Made by a program: the position numbers and the translations under genes. A DNA stretch of 64,000 bases from Octopus sinensis (lineage: Eukaryota): positions 160,952,001 through 161,016,000 of the forward strand of contig NC_042998.1 in NCBI RefSeq assembly GCF_006345805.1, read 5' to 3'. The notes beneath the pieces were generated by a model. That model had not been told where the DNA came from and ran no database searches. It was given only the letters and a program-made list of their open reading frames with translations. Shown here piece after piece: positions 41,941 to 54,722 of the stretch. Position 1 is the stretch's first letter, and every line of letters starts with the position of its first letter.

Positions 41941-43783
41941 CTTGTTTCTCTCTCTTTCTACCTCTAGTAGAAATCAGCAATAGTCAGACCTGAAGAGGAG
42001 AGAGATGAGTTTTGTCAGAATTGAATTCTCATGACATGATCAGAGAGCTCAAAGCAGGGGCCCAACGTGGGGAGCCCAACACAGAGAGCTCAAAGCAAAG
42101 CAATTTGAGCTATATCTGGATAATTTGCTTGTATTTAAATAAAGTGTTTGATTCCATACAAATTAGATTTATGACTTCATATAGCATTGATACTAACTAG
42201 TAGGTGTTCTGTTCTATCTCCCTGTGAGCAATGCACTGTATATTTGTGTAGTACACATGGGTTTTAGTTAATTGATCTTTCATGATAAGGTATATATTCA
42301 AATTAAAGAAAAATTTACTTATTTAACTATAAAATAAGAGCTAAATGGCAACCTTAGTAAGCCTGTTGGGATTCATGGAAGTATGTACATTTGTCTTAGA
42401 ACGATTCTATTAAATTGATCCTGTGGGTTTAGTAAAAGAACATTGTATGTTTGTACCTAAACATTAACCGTTAAATGACAAGATGCATGCATCTTTTAAA
42501 CTTAATAACAACACAAATTTGTGAAATTCCGTCTATATATCCTTTTATTCTAAAAAGATCTTTACCAACTTCAGTATTTTGTTACACTAGAGTAATTCAA
42601 CAATAGTTTAGTATATTTTTGAAATAAAAAACTATTTAAAATCATACTAAATAAACTTTGAGACTTTAATTATTGTATACATTTCTTTTTATGAATGAAT
42701 GAGTCTTTTCAAGAGCTCTAATATATATTATCTGCCAGTTGTATTTTGTACAATCTATGAGAAAATGCAGTTTTGTATGTAAAGATGCTTTGATTTGAAA
42801 TCACTAACTGAAAAGTTAGTTCATGTAAAGAAAAATAAATCAGTATTTAGAGAACTTCTTCACTTTTGATATAATATAAAATTATTAAAAAAAGTAGTCC
42901 CACGAGTGAATTTTTAGTTTATGAAGAAAATAAATAACATGTTTACAAAAGTAATGATAATATCATAACCAGAAGTTTTTTTTTTTTAATATAAAATGCT
43001 TTTAAAGAAATACAAGTGTAAAAAGTTTTAAATTTCTAGTAAATAAAATATTCACAGCTGTTGTTTATATAGTGACAACAGAAGGTTAGAAAAATTCTGC
43101 TGAAAATGTAATAAAGTAGTTACAAGTACTTTGTTGAACTCTTGTTTCAGATTAAAAAACACTAGTTTCAATGAAACTTTGGTACATGAAGGGTTAATGG
43201 CAGGAAGCTAAATTGATAGATCAGGGAAGAATGAATCAAAGCTAAACATTAAGAAATACAATAACTTACAATGAAAAAGACTCCACCCACTTCAATGAAT
43301 CATAAAAGTAGAACAAAATAAATCAGATCAGATGTAAAAGAAAAAAAAACATACTACATAAAATCTAAAGATAACAATAGTAAAATTTTCGGGGTGAAGA
43401 GAGAACATGGAAAATGATTTTCTTGAATATATAGTCTTTCTTCTTTTCCATAGTTAAAAAACAAATATAAATGTTTCACATGTTTCTTTTGCTGTAGATT
43501 CTAAAGATTAGAAATACCTAAATAGAAATGATTTTCTTTGTACTTAAAAATTACAACTATTATCTTAATTTTTAAAACAATCTTCACTTAAGATTAGAAA
43601 TGATGACATAGTTACTGAAGCATTTCCGCTGTTTGTGAACTTTGATAAAATACATATTTAGTTTATGCAACAAAATGCTTGAGAGGAAACAAAAATAATT
43701 GAAGTAACCTACAACAACAACACCATGATGATGATGATGATGATAATAATAATAATAATAATATGTAAATAAATATAAGTAAT

Positions 43784-44236
43784 ATTTTTATTTAGTCACC
43801 ATGTGTAGTGACACATCTGCATAGAAAATATTTAAAGGGATGATAAATTTTAAGAAATGCATCCTATTTTTTTTTTAACATATAGGTGAACTTATGAAAT
43901 TTCAATTTGAAAAATAATATAAATATTTTTACTCTGTGCAAGAAAAAGTAGCCCATCTTCAATTATTATAGCAATAAATGTTGGTTCATCTATGGTTTAG
44001 ATCTAAGAAAGATGAGAAAAGAATGACAAAAATAAATATTTGTAGTATTTGAAAAAAATAATGTAGTCTTAGAATGAAAACTGCTCACAGTATATAAGGT
44101 ATTGCATAACAAAAATTTCCTTATTAATCATGAGCAATACACTTGGTGTTGTTGGATGTAGTGTCAATGACAATAATAAAGATAATATGCAAACTTCTTA
44201 AAGCTTTTTAATATTGAAATGAATTCAAGAACTTTT
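43784..44236 (+). repeat. Local duplication, copy 1 (~450 bp)
   Basis: Direct repeat of 46126-46599 (ATTTTTATTTAGTCACCATGTGTAGTGACAC ... AAGAACTTTT). Confidence 0.95.
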
Positions 44237-44916
44237 TTTGTTCTGTTATGTTTGCTGTTGATCCATTGTAATATGTAAATAACACAGACTTCATAAATTC
44301 AGCAGTTATCTAGTGAGAGCTGATCCCAGTTCTCCTTGACTATTCCAAATTGCCTGAAGCATTTTACAACCATATTTACAAAGGTAGAAAATGTGTTGAA
44401 GTAATTGACCAGCTTACAATGGCCAATAATACTTATGATTTTGTAGACAGATGTAGATGACACAAGTAAGGATAAGGAAGCTTTAACCAATTTCCATCAG
44501 AACTTTGTTGTTGGTGAAGAAGCTAACATAGTACCATCCATCATCTGTGTATAAATTGCACTATATAAATTTGATGTCTTTGATGTGACTGAACATATTT
44601 CTTTCTTCTAAGGGGTGCTAATGACATAGACTATTTATAACAAGGAAGAGTCGAAAATTATGGCTATAACTTATAAGAGGTGTCAAATTTAGCCCAGCAT
44701 CAAAATGATTCAAGGAAGATTGAATTGGCAACGAAATAAGAAGTACAATTCTGAAAATATATGAAAATCAAAATGTTGCTTTAAGAGAGGAAGATAATAA
44801 GTTGGGGGAAGGCATTATTTATTTATACTACTAAAAAGAATTCATTAATGCAACAAAAATTTTATCTAATCAGAAATTTGTTGTATAACCAATGACAACA
44901 ATCACAGACTGTAAAG

Positions 44917-44918
<2 letters not shown>

Positions 44919-44955
<37 letters not shown>

Positions 44956-44979
44956 TAATAATAATAATAATAATAATAA
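44919..44979. repeat. (AAT)n microsatellite
   Basis: Visible trinucleotide run. Confidence 0.95.
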
Positions 44980-46125
44980 AACTATCAGTGATTGTATAAG
45001 CAGTATATATATATAAGTGTATGTAAATCTAGATAGCTAATGCTTACATAAATAATTATTACAATTTAAATTTATAGGAAAAGATTCATAGAAAAAAAAA
45101 CAAATAGAATTAGTAATAATCAGGTCATTTTGATAAAAAAAAATGTTAAGCAAGCAAAATTTTGAAATATAGTGTAATGACATCTAATGAGTCACTGCCA
45201 TATCATTAAATAAAGAAAACATCTCAACAATAAACTTTTGTTGTTTTAATCCAAATATAAATAATGGGTACATGATCATCTCTTTCTATAACATAGATAA
45301 TTTACAATGTAATAACATTATGAGCTAGGAAAACATTTAAAAATTATCTTTGTATGTAAAAATTCCTTTTGACGAAGAACAAGAGCATTTTTCTCAGAAA
45401 GCTACTCATTTGCTCACAATATATTACTGGCATTTTATTGACTTTAGAAGGTTGAAAACCTCATTGCAATTTAAAGAAGAAATGCGAGATACCAATATAA
45501 ATATTGTAAAGCATCTGACCTAGCTCCTTACCATTTGCATTATCTCAACTGAAGCATTATTTGTGTATAATCTCACACACATGCGCTCATATACTAACCC
45601 TAACACATGAATCGTTAGCCAGTATGTTTCAAGTAGACAAAGTTGTTTTAACTAACTACAGTTATGCATATGGCTTGCAGAGACTGTTTTAAACCATGTT
45701 ATTGCAGTTAATGTTTGATTTAAGTGAAAATACATGCGGTATAAGGACGAACATAAGAGAATAAATATACTATAGGAACAAAGACTGCTGTGGAGAAGTT
45801 GTTTTAACAGTAGAAGAAATTAAAGAAAGTTGAAGAATGAAGAGAGTTAAAGAGAATATTTGTCAGTCAAGAAACTGTATATCTCTTTGTGCAAAAAATT
45901 TCTAATACTGAAAATGCGCACAATTTCAACTGCGAGATACTGTTTTTTACAAAGCTTCCATTATTCAGGGACCAATTGTGTGTGAAGAAGGCTTGGTGTA
46001 ACTAAGAAAAAAGCAAGTGGTCAAGTATTATCAGATAATTTTTGCTTCATGTTTTGAGAGATATTGCATATGTAAGTTATAGGACATATTGTCTAATCAC
46101 TATTTAGAAGTTTTAAAATGTTGCC

Positions 46126-46599
46126 ATTTTTATTTAGTCACCATGTGTAGTGACACATCTGCATATAAAATATTTAAAGGGATGATAAATTTCATGAAAT
46201 GTGTTTTATTTTTTTTAACATACTAGTGAACTTATTCAATTTCAAAATGAAATTTCAATTTGAAAAATAATATAAATATTTTTACTCTGTGCATAAAATT
46301 ACTTCCAAGAAAAAGTAGCCCATCTTCAATTATTATAGCAATAAAGGTTGGTTCATCTATGATTTAAATCCAAGAAGGATGAAAAAAGAATGAAACAAAA
46401 TATTTGTAGTATTTGAAAACATAATGTAGTCTTAGAATGAAAACTGCTCACAGTATATAAGGTATTGTATAACAAAATTTTTTTTATTAATCATGAGCAC
46501 TACACTTGGTGATGTTGGATGTAGTGTCAATGACAGTAATAAAGATAATATGCAAACTTCTTAAAGTTTTTTCCTATTGAAATGAATTGAAGAACTTTT
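46126..46599 (+). repeat. Local duplication, copy 2
   Basis: Direct repeat of 43784-44236 with two short extra segments and scattered substitutions. Confidence 0.95.
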
Positions 46600-46800
46600 C
46601 AACACCAAGTGTAGTGCTCATGATTAATAAGAAAATTTTTGTTATGCAATAACTTATATACTGTGAGCAGTTTTCATTCTAAGATTACATTATTTTTTTC
46701 AAATACTACAAATATTTATTTTTTTCATTCCTTTCTCATCCTTCTTGGATTTAAACCATAGATGAACCAACCTTTATTGCTATAATAATTGAAGATGGGC
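46600..46800 (-). repeat. Local duplication, copy 3 (inverted, 201 bp)
   Basis: Reverse complement of 43951-44151 and 46318-46514 (GCCCATCTTC...ACTTGGTG). Confidence 0.95.
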
Positions 46801-48197
46801 ATCGTTCATTAGCAACATTGCATGTAAGTAATTACACCTGGTAAAAGTGAACTGTTTGAAGAAAACTGAAGCTAATTTAGTAAGTTTATTTACAGGTAGT
46901 GAATCAACCAGCTTCTTTCTTTTTGAAGAGTAGTAATTATAGGGGGAAAAATTTCAAGGATTTGAAACATAATTATTGCAACTGTTTTAATCAAAAAGAA
47001 GCAAATTCATAATTAATTTTGATGACAGTTAATTTCTTTTAATTGATATTACATATATTAAATATTAGCACAGATTGGGAGTCAAAATAACATGCTTAAA
47101 AATCATCTCTATTAGCTACATGAAGCTACACATCTGCCTAGTTTAATGTAAAAATGAAAAAACCCAGCTGATGGTATATAATGAAACATGGATACAATTT
47201 TTTGTAAGCATATTGACAGTCTTGATGAAATTCCAAAATTAATAAAGATTACAATAATTAAAAATTAAATTTGTGAATATATCTGTACATACTAGGAAGT
47301 ATAAAATATAGAATATTTATGCATATAGTAAGCTATAATATTTCTAAATGTTGTGCAATGTATATTTAATATTGCATTCTATGAAAAGGTTTGACAAATG
47401 AAGAATGTCACAGATAAAAAATTCAACACATATAGATGACAATAATTTTTTAATCTTATTTTTACAAAACATTTACAAACATTTTCTAAGAAGTGTAACT
47501 GATTACAATACAGACTGCACTTTTATATTTTTATCAATAAGGAAAAAATTTCCATTCATGATATAATTATTTATTGATTGTTGATGCAGATTTCTTTCTT
47601 CATTATATTTTTTCTCACATTAAACTATATACCAATCATATTATTGAAAGTTTAATAAAAAAAAAGGGTAAATTTCTGAATAAAAGATATTTTTGCCCCA
47701 TGAAATATGTTTATCATCAAAATGGTATATCAATATGGAATTGGTCTATGCCTTAATATATAACAAATAAAAAAAACTCAGTTTTATTCACTGATGTGTT
47801 TAAATAAGACTTTAAAACATCAACTAAGATTGTTGAAGAATTTTGTAAACAAAATCTCTCTCTGTAGGGGACTAAAATCTAAAAATATGCAAGCAGAGTA
47901 ACTCCAATAACATCAAGGGATTGAAATTTTGGGATAACACCGATAATGCAGTTTAGAGTGAATCTGGTCCTTAATGTCAGATGGTAAAAGTAACAGATAT
48001 GCTTTGGTCATGTTGGATCTCTTTTGAACAAGCATATTTCACTCAGATGGTATGATTAAGAAGTGCTCACTATATATACAGAAACAGAGTAAATGGTTCG
48101 ATGATATGATTGAGAGGAAAACATCTCAGGTGAATATTTAATTTACTAAGTACAAACACAGAAGGTTACACATTTGCAATATAGTGAAGTGAAAAAC

Positions 48198-48276
48198 CTT
48201 GACCAACTGAGATTGTCCATATAAATCTAATAAAAATCTTGACCAACTACATTGTCCATATAAATCTAATAAAAAT
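48198..48276 (+). repeat. ~40-bp tandem duplication
   Basis: CTTGACCAACTGAGATTGTCCATATAAATCTAATAAAAAT followed by CTTGACCAACTACATTGTCCATATAAATCTAATAAAAAT. Confidence 0.9.
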
Positions 48277-48308
48277 TATCTCTCTTGTGGTCAGTTTTTA
48301 GATTTTAA

Positions 48309-48532
48309 CCCTTTAGCATTGAAACTGGTCATATCCAGCTCAAATGTTGTAGCTACTTTATGTTCAAACTGGCCAGATACAGTCTCTAACAATTACCCTG
48401 CAACATCATTTTAAAACTAAACAATCACATTACTGAAATCTCAAAGCCATGAGATAAAGTGTTATTGATTAATTTTTAAAAATATGAATTGATAAAAAAT
48501 ATATTAGACAGACTAATCTGAATGATAAAAGG
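48309..48532 (+). mobile_element. piggyBac-type MITE, family 1
   Basis: TTAA|CCCTTTAGCATT ... AATGATAAAAGG|TTAA, with TTAA at 48305-48308 and 48533-48536. Homologous in reverse orientation to 59523-59713. Confidence 0.85.
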
Positions 48533-51500
48533 TTAAACATCCTCGAAGAGTGGTTTTGTCTACTCATGGCATGGATAATCTCAGTTGATCAAACTTTTTC
48601 AACTAAGTATATCACATATGTGAGACATAGCATGTTTATTATGCCGATCACCTCCCTGAGGTAGTTTTCCATGACAATATCAAAACTTTCAGATACCTGT
48701 TACTAAGGTTTAAGTATTTGGTAACATATTATTGCCATATAGTGTAAACTGATAAGCAGATATTTCACATTTTTATACACCCTTATGAATTATTTCTTTT
48801 CAAACAGACTAAAGTAATATTGGATAATTTAAATAAAATCCCCAATTAATATAACAATCAATATCAAGAAAAGAAATTACTGACTTCAATGAAATAAAAA
48901 AATATACATCTGATATTTCATGATATATTCATAAAAACATATGAAGTACACTCTTAAATAATCTCAAATAATCCATTTTAATAACACAAAACTGAAAAGG
49001 AAAACTGTTGAATTTCAAATTATTTTGAGCTATATACATCTGCACATACACACACATGTGTGTGTGTGGGTATGTGTGTGTGTAAAAAGATATTTATAGA
49101 TCATATATATTCTGTGAGCAAAAGCTTTTTACATATATTTAAGAATATTTGTCTAACATGTTGGTTCTGATATGTTATTACATAAAAGACAATTGATTCT
49201 AAAAACATTTGAAGGAATAAACCACATGCAGTGAGCAAGTAATTCAAGGGGAAAGGATAAATAAAAAGCTTATGTTTTCTTTCATTTTTGCTTTTTACAT
49301 GTTTCAGTTCCCTTACGTTTTAAAACCTTCTTTAGAATTGCATAGTAGAAGTAATCTGGGAGGATTACTGGTGAAAAATACATAACCATTTCTTTCAACA
49401 ATTGATAGAACACTGTCATTCCTCAAAGAGACTTTATGGAAATTGTCAACAAAAAAATATGCCATTTTTTTTTATCAACAAAGCTTTTTTTCCTCGTCAT
49501 GTTTCCGTTTTTTGTTTTCTTTTTTATTATTTTTTCCCCTTTTTCTGAGAGATCCACTTATGAAAACTGTTTACTGTCAAATTCACTCGAGCATAAACTT
49601 GATAAGTACAACAGACACAAATAAAGGAGGCACAAGGGAATAAAATAGTTTCGCTATTGGGGGGTATTTACTTATGTCATAAGGTTAAGTGAGATAACCA
49701 TAGCATTAAATGAAATGTAATAAGGAAAAAAACAAATATCATTTTTTTTCCCAAAGTCTCTTTTCTTTCAACAATATCTAATAAAAAAAATTGCTAAGTA
49801 GCCACAGAAGCTTTAGTTGTAAATGAGAATTATCAGAATTTTTTCTTTTCTTTTTAGATATGATGAGAAAAATACAAGAAATACGACCTGTTGTTTGGAA
49901 TATTAAAGTTTTGACTTGACAGCTTTGTAATGCCTCTTTTATATTTCCCAATAGTTACATAATCTAATGTGGTTAATATGCTTTCTGACATGAAATTTTA
50001 TTTATTTATTACAGTGATTTCTGTTTATTACACTTTCAATTACTTTAAGTCAACATTTTTACATCACTAGATTAGAAATACTCTAATTATTATTACAAAA
50101 TTACTTCTGAGTAATTCCCATTTTGAATCCAAATTTCACAATAAACTGTTGTGAAATTTGGATAAATATTACAACCATTATATATACACGAAATGCAAAT
50201 TTTTTTGACAAATAGGTAGTTAATTTATGGTAATGCTATTTACAATATAAGCAATTTTTAATAAGTGAATTGAAGTGTACTTGTGAATTGGCAATATATA
50301 AAAACAGAAACATAGATTGCTTGTGGTTTAAAAAAAAATGAGACATTATCAATAAAAGGAAAGTGAAAAAAGAAACATTTATGAAAAGAATAAAAAAAAA
50401 AATGAAATGTTTTATAAATCTTAGGCATTTTGTAAAAGGTAGTTGACAGATTAGATAAAACAAATTTCAAAAGGAAAAATTTCTTAAAACAACTTGACGG
50501 ACAAAAACAAATGGTATTTTCTTAATTTAGCTGTATTTGAAAGAAGCCCCTTAAAATTAAATAGAAAAGATTTTTCTAAACATAAATCATGGAAACTCAG
50601 TTCAGGAAAAGGCAAAAACAAAAAAGCTATTATTTTCTCTCAATAATTGTATGTTTTATGTTGTTGCTAAGCCTTGTCAAATCTTGATTGAAGTTATAAA
50701 TAAAAATTAATTTTTACTTTTGGAACTATAACATTTTTATAAAAGATAGAGACATTTTGCTTTTATTTTATTCAATGACACTTTTTAATGGAAGGTGTTT
50801 CAGTCTTAAGGTTTAAGATGGTAAAGAGTCTACAGCTTTGTCTTTCACTCACATTTGCACACATGAACACATAGAACCATACAAAATGAATGTGCATGCA
50901 AAGGGTCATATGCATAAACTCATTCAATGAGCTTTCTGAGCACAACACCATCAACTTTAATTGGAATAAAAACTAAAAATTAAGAAAGGTTGATCTTAGG
51001 AAATGTTCTAAGAAATAGAGTATGTACAGTTTAAGTTAACACTGCTAAAATCACATTATAGATAATGTCGCTGCTCAAGAAGATTAAAAATGAATTGATA
51101 CTTCTCTTCTGAATTAATTTCTCACAGCATCTGCTGAGGTTATACAATAGACACGTAAGTGCATGTATACACTACTGTATCTGTATGTATGTTTATTCAT
51201 GTTTGTAAGTGTAACAACATTTTCAAAATGATCAAGGAAAGTTGCACTTCTTATGTTTCTTAATACTCAATCTACAAATGCATGAAAAATACTAATTTAG
51301 AAAGTAATTTTCAACTGCTTGACTAAATATCTTCAATGTTAATTAAACAAACGGTTTGAATGTTTTATAAATAACTTAATTTAGGCAGTGCAACAAAGCT
51401 ACTAACAATAATGCCATTCTTGCCTTAAGTACTATCAGTAATTAATTCAGTTAGTTTTCCTTGCTTCTTTACTTTTAGTATATATATATTCTTTTAGTAT

Positions 51501-51539
51501 ATAAATACTAGGGATGACCTAGATAGATAGATAGATATA

Positions 51540-51935
51540 CTTTTACTTGTTTCAGTCATCCTGAAGGGTTTTTTTTCTAGTTAAACAAATTGACCCCAAG
51601 ACTAATTTTTTTAAAGCCTAGTGCTTATTCCATCAGTCTCTTTTGCTGAACCACCAAGTTATGGGGACGTAAATATGCAAATACACACCGGTTATAAAGC
51701 AGTGATGGTGGTGGTGGTGGTGGGCGGAACAAACACAGAAACAAAGACGCACACATAGATACATACATTATATATATATATATATATATGACGGGCTTCT
51801 TTCAGTTTCTGCCTACCAAATCCACTCACAAGTTTTTGGTTGGCTATAGTAGAAGACACTTGCCAAAGGTGCCGTGCAGTGGGAAGCACGTGGCTGGGAA
51901 GCAAACTTCTTATCACACAGCCATACCTGCACCTA
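51540..51935 (-). mobile_element. tRNA-derived SINE, family A (with internal deletions)
   Basis: CTTTTACTTGTTTCAGTCAT ... GGGAAGCAAACTTCTTATCACACAGCCATACCTGC, homologous to the other family A copies. Confidence 0.8.
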
Positions 51936-52649
51936 TATGTGTGTGCGTGTAAATCTGCTTGTATAAAGCTGCTTCCCTTTATATGTACACACACACACAC
52001 ATAAAGCCCTATTTTTCACAAACTATTCATTACTTAAAGTGAAAAGTCTAAAACAAAATGAATAAAAGTATTTCAGAGTCCTTTTATGGCCAATTTATAG
52101 AGAAACTATAAAAGCAGTTTATGTATAAATGATATGGAAGTGTGGAAGTAAAAAAAGAGTGGAAACAAAGAGGAGAACAAGAGTTAATATAGTAAACAAA
52201 TTTTAATTTTAGTTATTACTCTTAACAACTGAAAACTATGTACTAAAGAATTGATTTGGTTAACTTGTTTGCTTAACATTTACCTTCATAGCTGCTATTT
52301 GGTTATAAGATTCACAGTATAAAACATTTAATCATCATGTACTAATTGCTACAACAAACAATATCAGATGTGGAAAAGTGTTGCTGTGTTTATATAACCA
52401 AATATCAATATATCAATTTAAGTGGTGTTAATCAAGGAGATAAATACATGTACATAGTATAATTGTCTATATATATTTAGCCATAAAAATACTATTTTTC
52501 TATTACTGTTTTTTCAGAAATACCTACTTATGTAAATATATTACAAAAACATTATGTACAAATAGTGTTATAAATATAATTAAAATGCAATAATTCAAAA
52601 CTTTATGTCACTTGGCTAATAACTGATTAAATAAATGGACACACAAACT

Positions 52650-52685
<36 letters not shown>

Positions 52686-52751
52686 CGTTTAAATATTTGT
52701 TGTGCAAGATTTTTTATTGGCTAAACTAGCAAAATGACCATTCCGAAATAT

Positions 52752-52792
<41 letters not shown>

Positions 52793-52795
<3 letters not shown>

Positions 52796-53000
52796 GGCGC
52801 GTGACTTGGTGGTTAGGGTGTCAGCACCATGATCATAAGATTGTGGTTTTGATTCCTGGATCGGGCGACGTGTTGTATTCTTGAGCAAAACACTTCATTT
52901 CATGTTGCTCCAGTTCACTCAGCTGGCAAAAATGAGTAATGCTGCGATGAACTGGCGTCCCATCCAGCTGGGGAACACATAAGGCTTTAAAAGGGCGCAT
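52793..53000 (+). mobile_element. tRNA-derived SINE, family C, inserted in a (TA)n tract
   Basis: A-box-like TGACTTGGTGG, B-box-like GGTTTTGATTCC, then TTCTTGAGCAAAACACTT...CTGCGATGAACTGGCGTCCCATCCAG, a central-domain pattern typical of invertebrate tRNA SINEs. Flanked by TA repeats. Confidence 0.8.
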
Positions 53001-54684
53001 TTATTTTTATTTTATATATATATAATGAGTGGAAGGAATGAAAATCCAGCTAATACAGTAAGTTTAAAATATATTTTAGTTGAGATTGTTAGGATATTTT
53101 TTTCTAAGCATTCTGAAATAAGAAAGGTTCCAAGCTAATTAACAACTACAACTAAACTCTGGTTTGATTACATTATATATTTTAAGAACTATTTTAATAT
53201 CTACCATCCATGATAACATTTATTGGTACAGTTTTAAGAAGTTTCCATGATTTATAGAATGGGCAATGTATTTTTAAAGCTGAGAAGCTGGGATGGTTGA
53301 AATATCTCTTCGACATTGTCAGTTAAAATAAAAGAACTGCTTTTACCAGACAAATTACAGATAAACAGAAGGAATTAGGAAAGTTTAGCAGTAGGAAGGC
53401 ACATAACTTCAAAAATTATTATGAAAATAATTTTAAAGTTCTATGCATGTTGTATTGTTGATCAGACTTGTGCCAATTGAAAATGGATCCTATTTATAGT
53501 TGTGTGGTGATTCTAAGCAACCAGCATAACAGCTCTAGAAAATTTGAACTCCTGGCATCAAAACAGTAAATAAAACAAAACCTATTTTTAAAGTTAATAG
53601 TATTAAAACCAGATGTAAAGTAAAGAATTAACTTTTTGTATATGACAATTAATCAAAAGTAAACTTGATTTAAAGCTTTTTTTTTTAGTGGTGACAATGG
53701 TAGAGGGGACACTTTTACACATATAAACTCAAAATAAACACTAGTGCAAATTTAGCAGTTTTTTCCTTTTGTTTTTGGTGCTGACAACTGGAAAGATTTC
53801 TTCTTGCAAATCACTCAACTATGAGAGAGAATATTAATTTATGTCGAGCCGAATAAGATAAAGAAAAAATGAATACAAATACAAAGAAGAGAATAATGGC
53901 ATTTAAAAAAATACCTTAAATGCAAACAAATCAAAACTAGTCTTGCAATAACTTATCTACACTGCTTTCTCAACTGATAAAGGAAGTATAATAGATAGAA
54001 TAGGTATATTTCTTAGTAATCAATATGTAATAATAGATAGACATGCACAAGCACATGCAGTTACCAATTTGTCAGAAGTATTTACTTAGAGCACAAATTG
54101 TTCATTAAGTATGAAAACAGATTTATTTTACTTTAAATGACCAACATGATTTATTTTACACTAAAAGCCATCAAGTCACAGATAAATGTATACATAAATG
54201 ATATTTATAAGAAGTATCTTTGAGAAAAGACATAAAAAAATATTAAAGTTTGATTGAAGGCAGAACACTAATAGATTATGTGTCTATATACGACTGGTAA
54301 AATAGAATTATTCTAATAAGAGATGAGATCATCTTAGCTACAGTTGAAGTGGTGTTTAGTTGTTTTATTCATTAAGCTATAACTAACAAAAGTTTCTATC
54401 TAGAAGATATTAGTTGTGGATGCTGAAATGTCTATCTATATGCATTAGTAAATATCAGGAGCATCTTACATAGAAATTTATGCTAAAAATACCTAATTAT
54501 AGCTGGAAAGTAAGTAGTAGAGAGAATGTAAGTGTGCATGTGTGGGTATGTATACGTACATGCATAAACTTATTTTTAGATGGAAAATTAGAAAACTGCA
54601 GATTTCTTTCATTCAAATCGAAATTATCTGCCAAAAACTGTATACTGCTTAATTTTTGTGATTTATCACTGAAACGTTTTTGCA

Positions 54685-54722
<38 letters not shown>

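Noticed and set aside
41986-42035. Hammerhead ribozyme starting CTGAAGAG followed by a hairpin
   Set aside because: The required GAAA does not follow the stem, and I could not identify stems I and III.
45594-45604. Interstitial telomeric repeat CTAACCCTAAC
   Set aside because: Fewer than two units, which is expected by chance.
52793-52870. tRNA gene (also the head of 18107-18180)
   Set aside because: A/B boxes are present, but there is no complete cloverleaf and the sequence continues into SINE body, so these are SINE heads.
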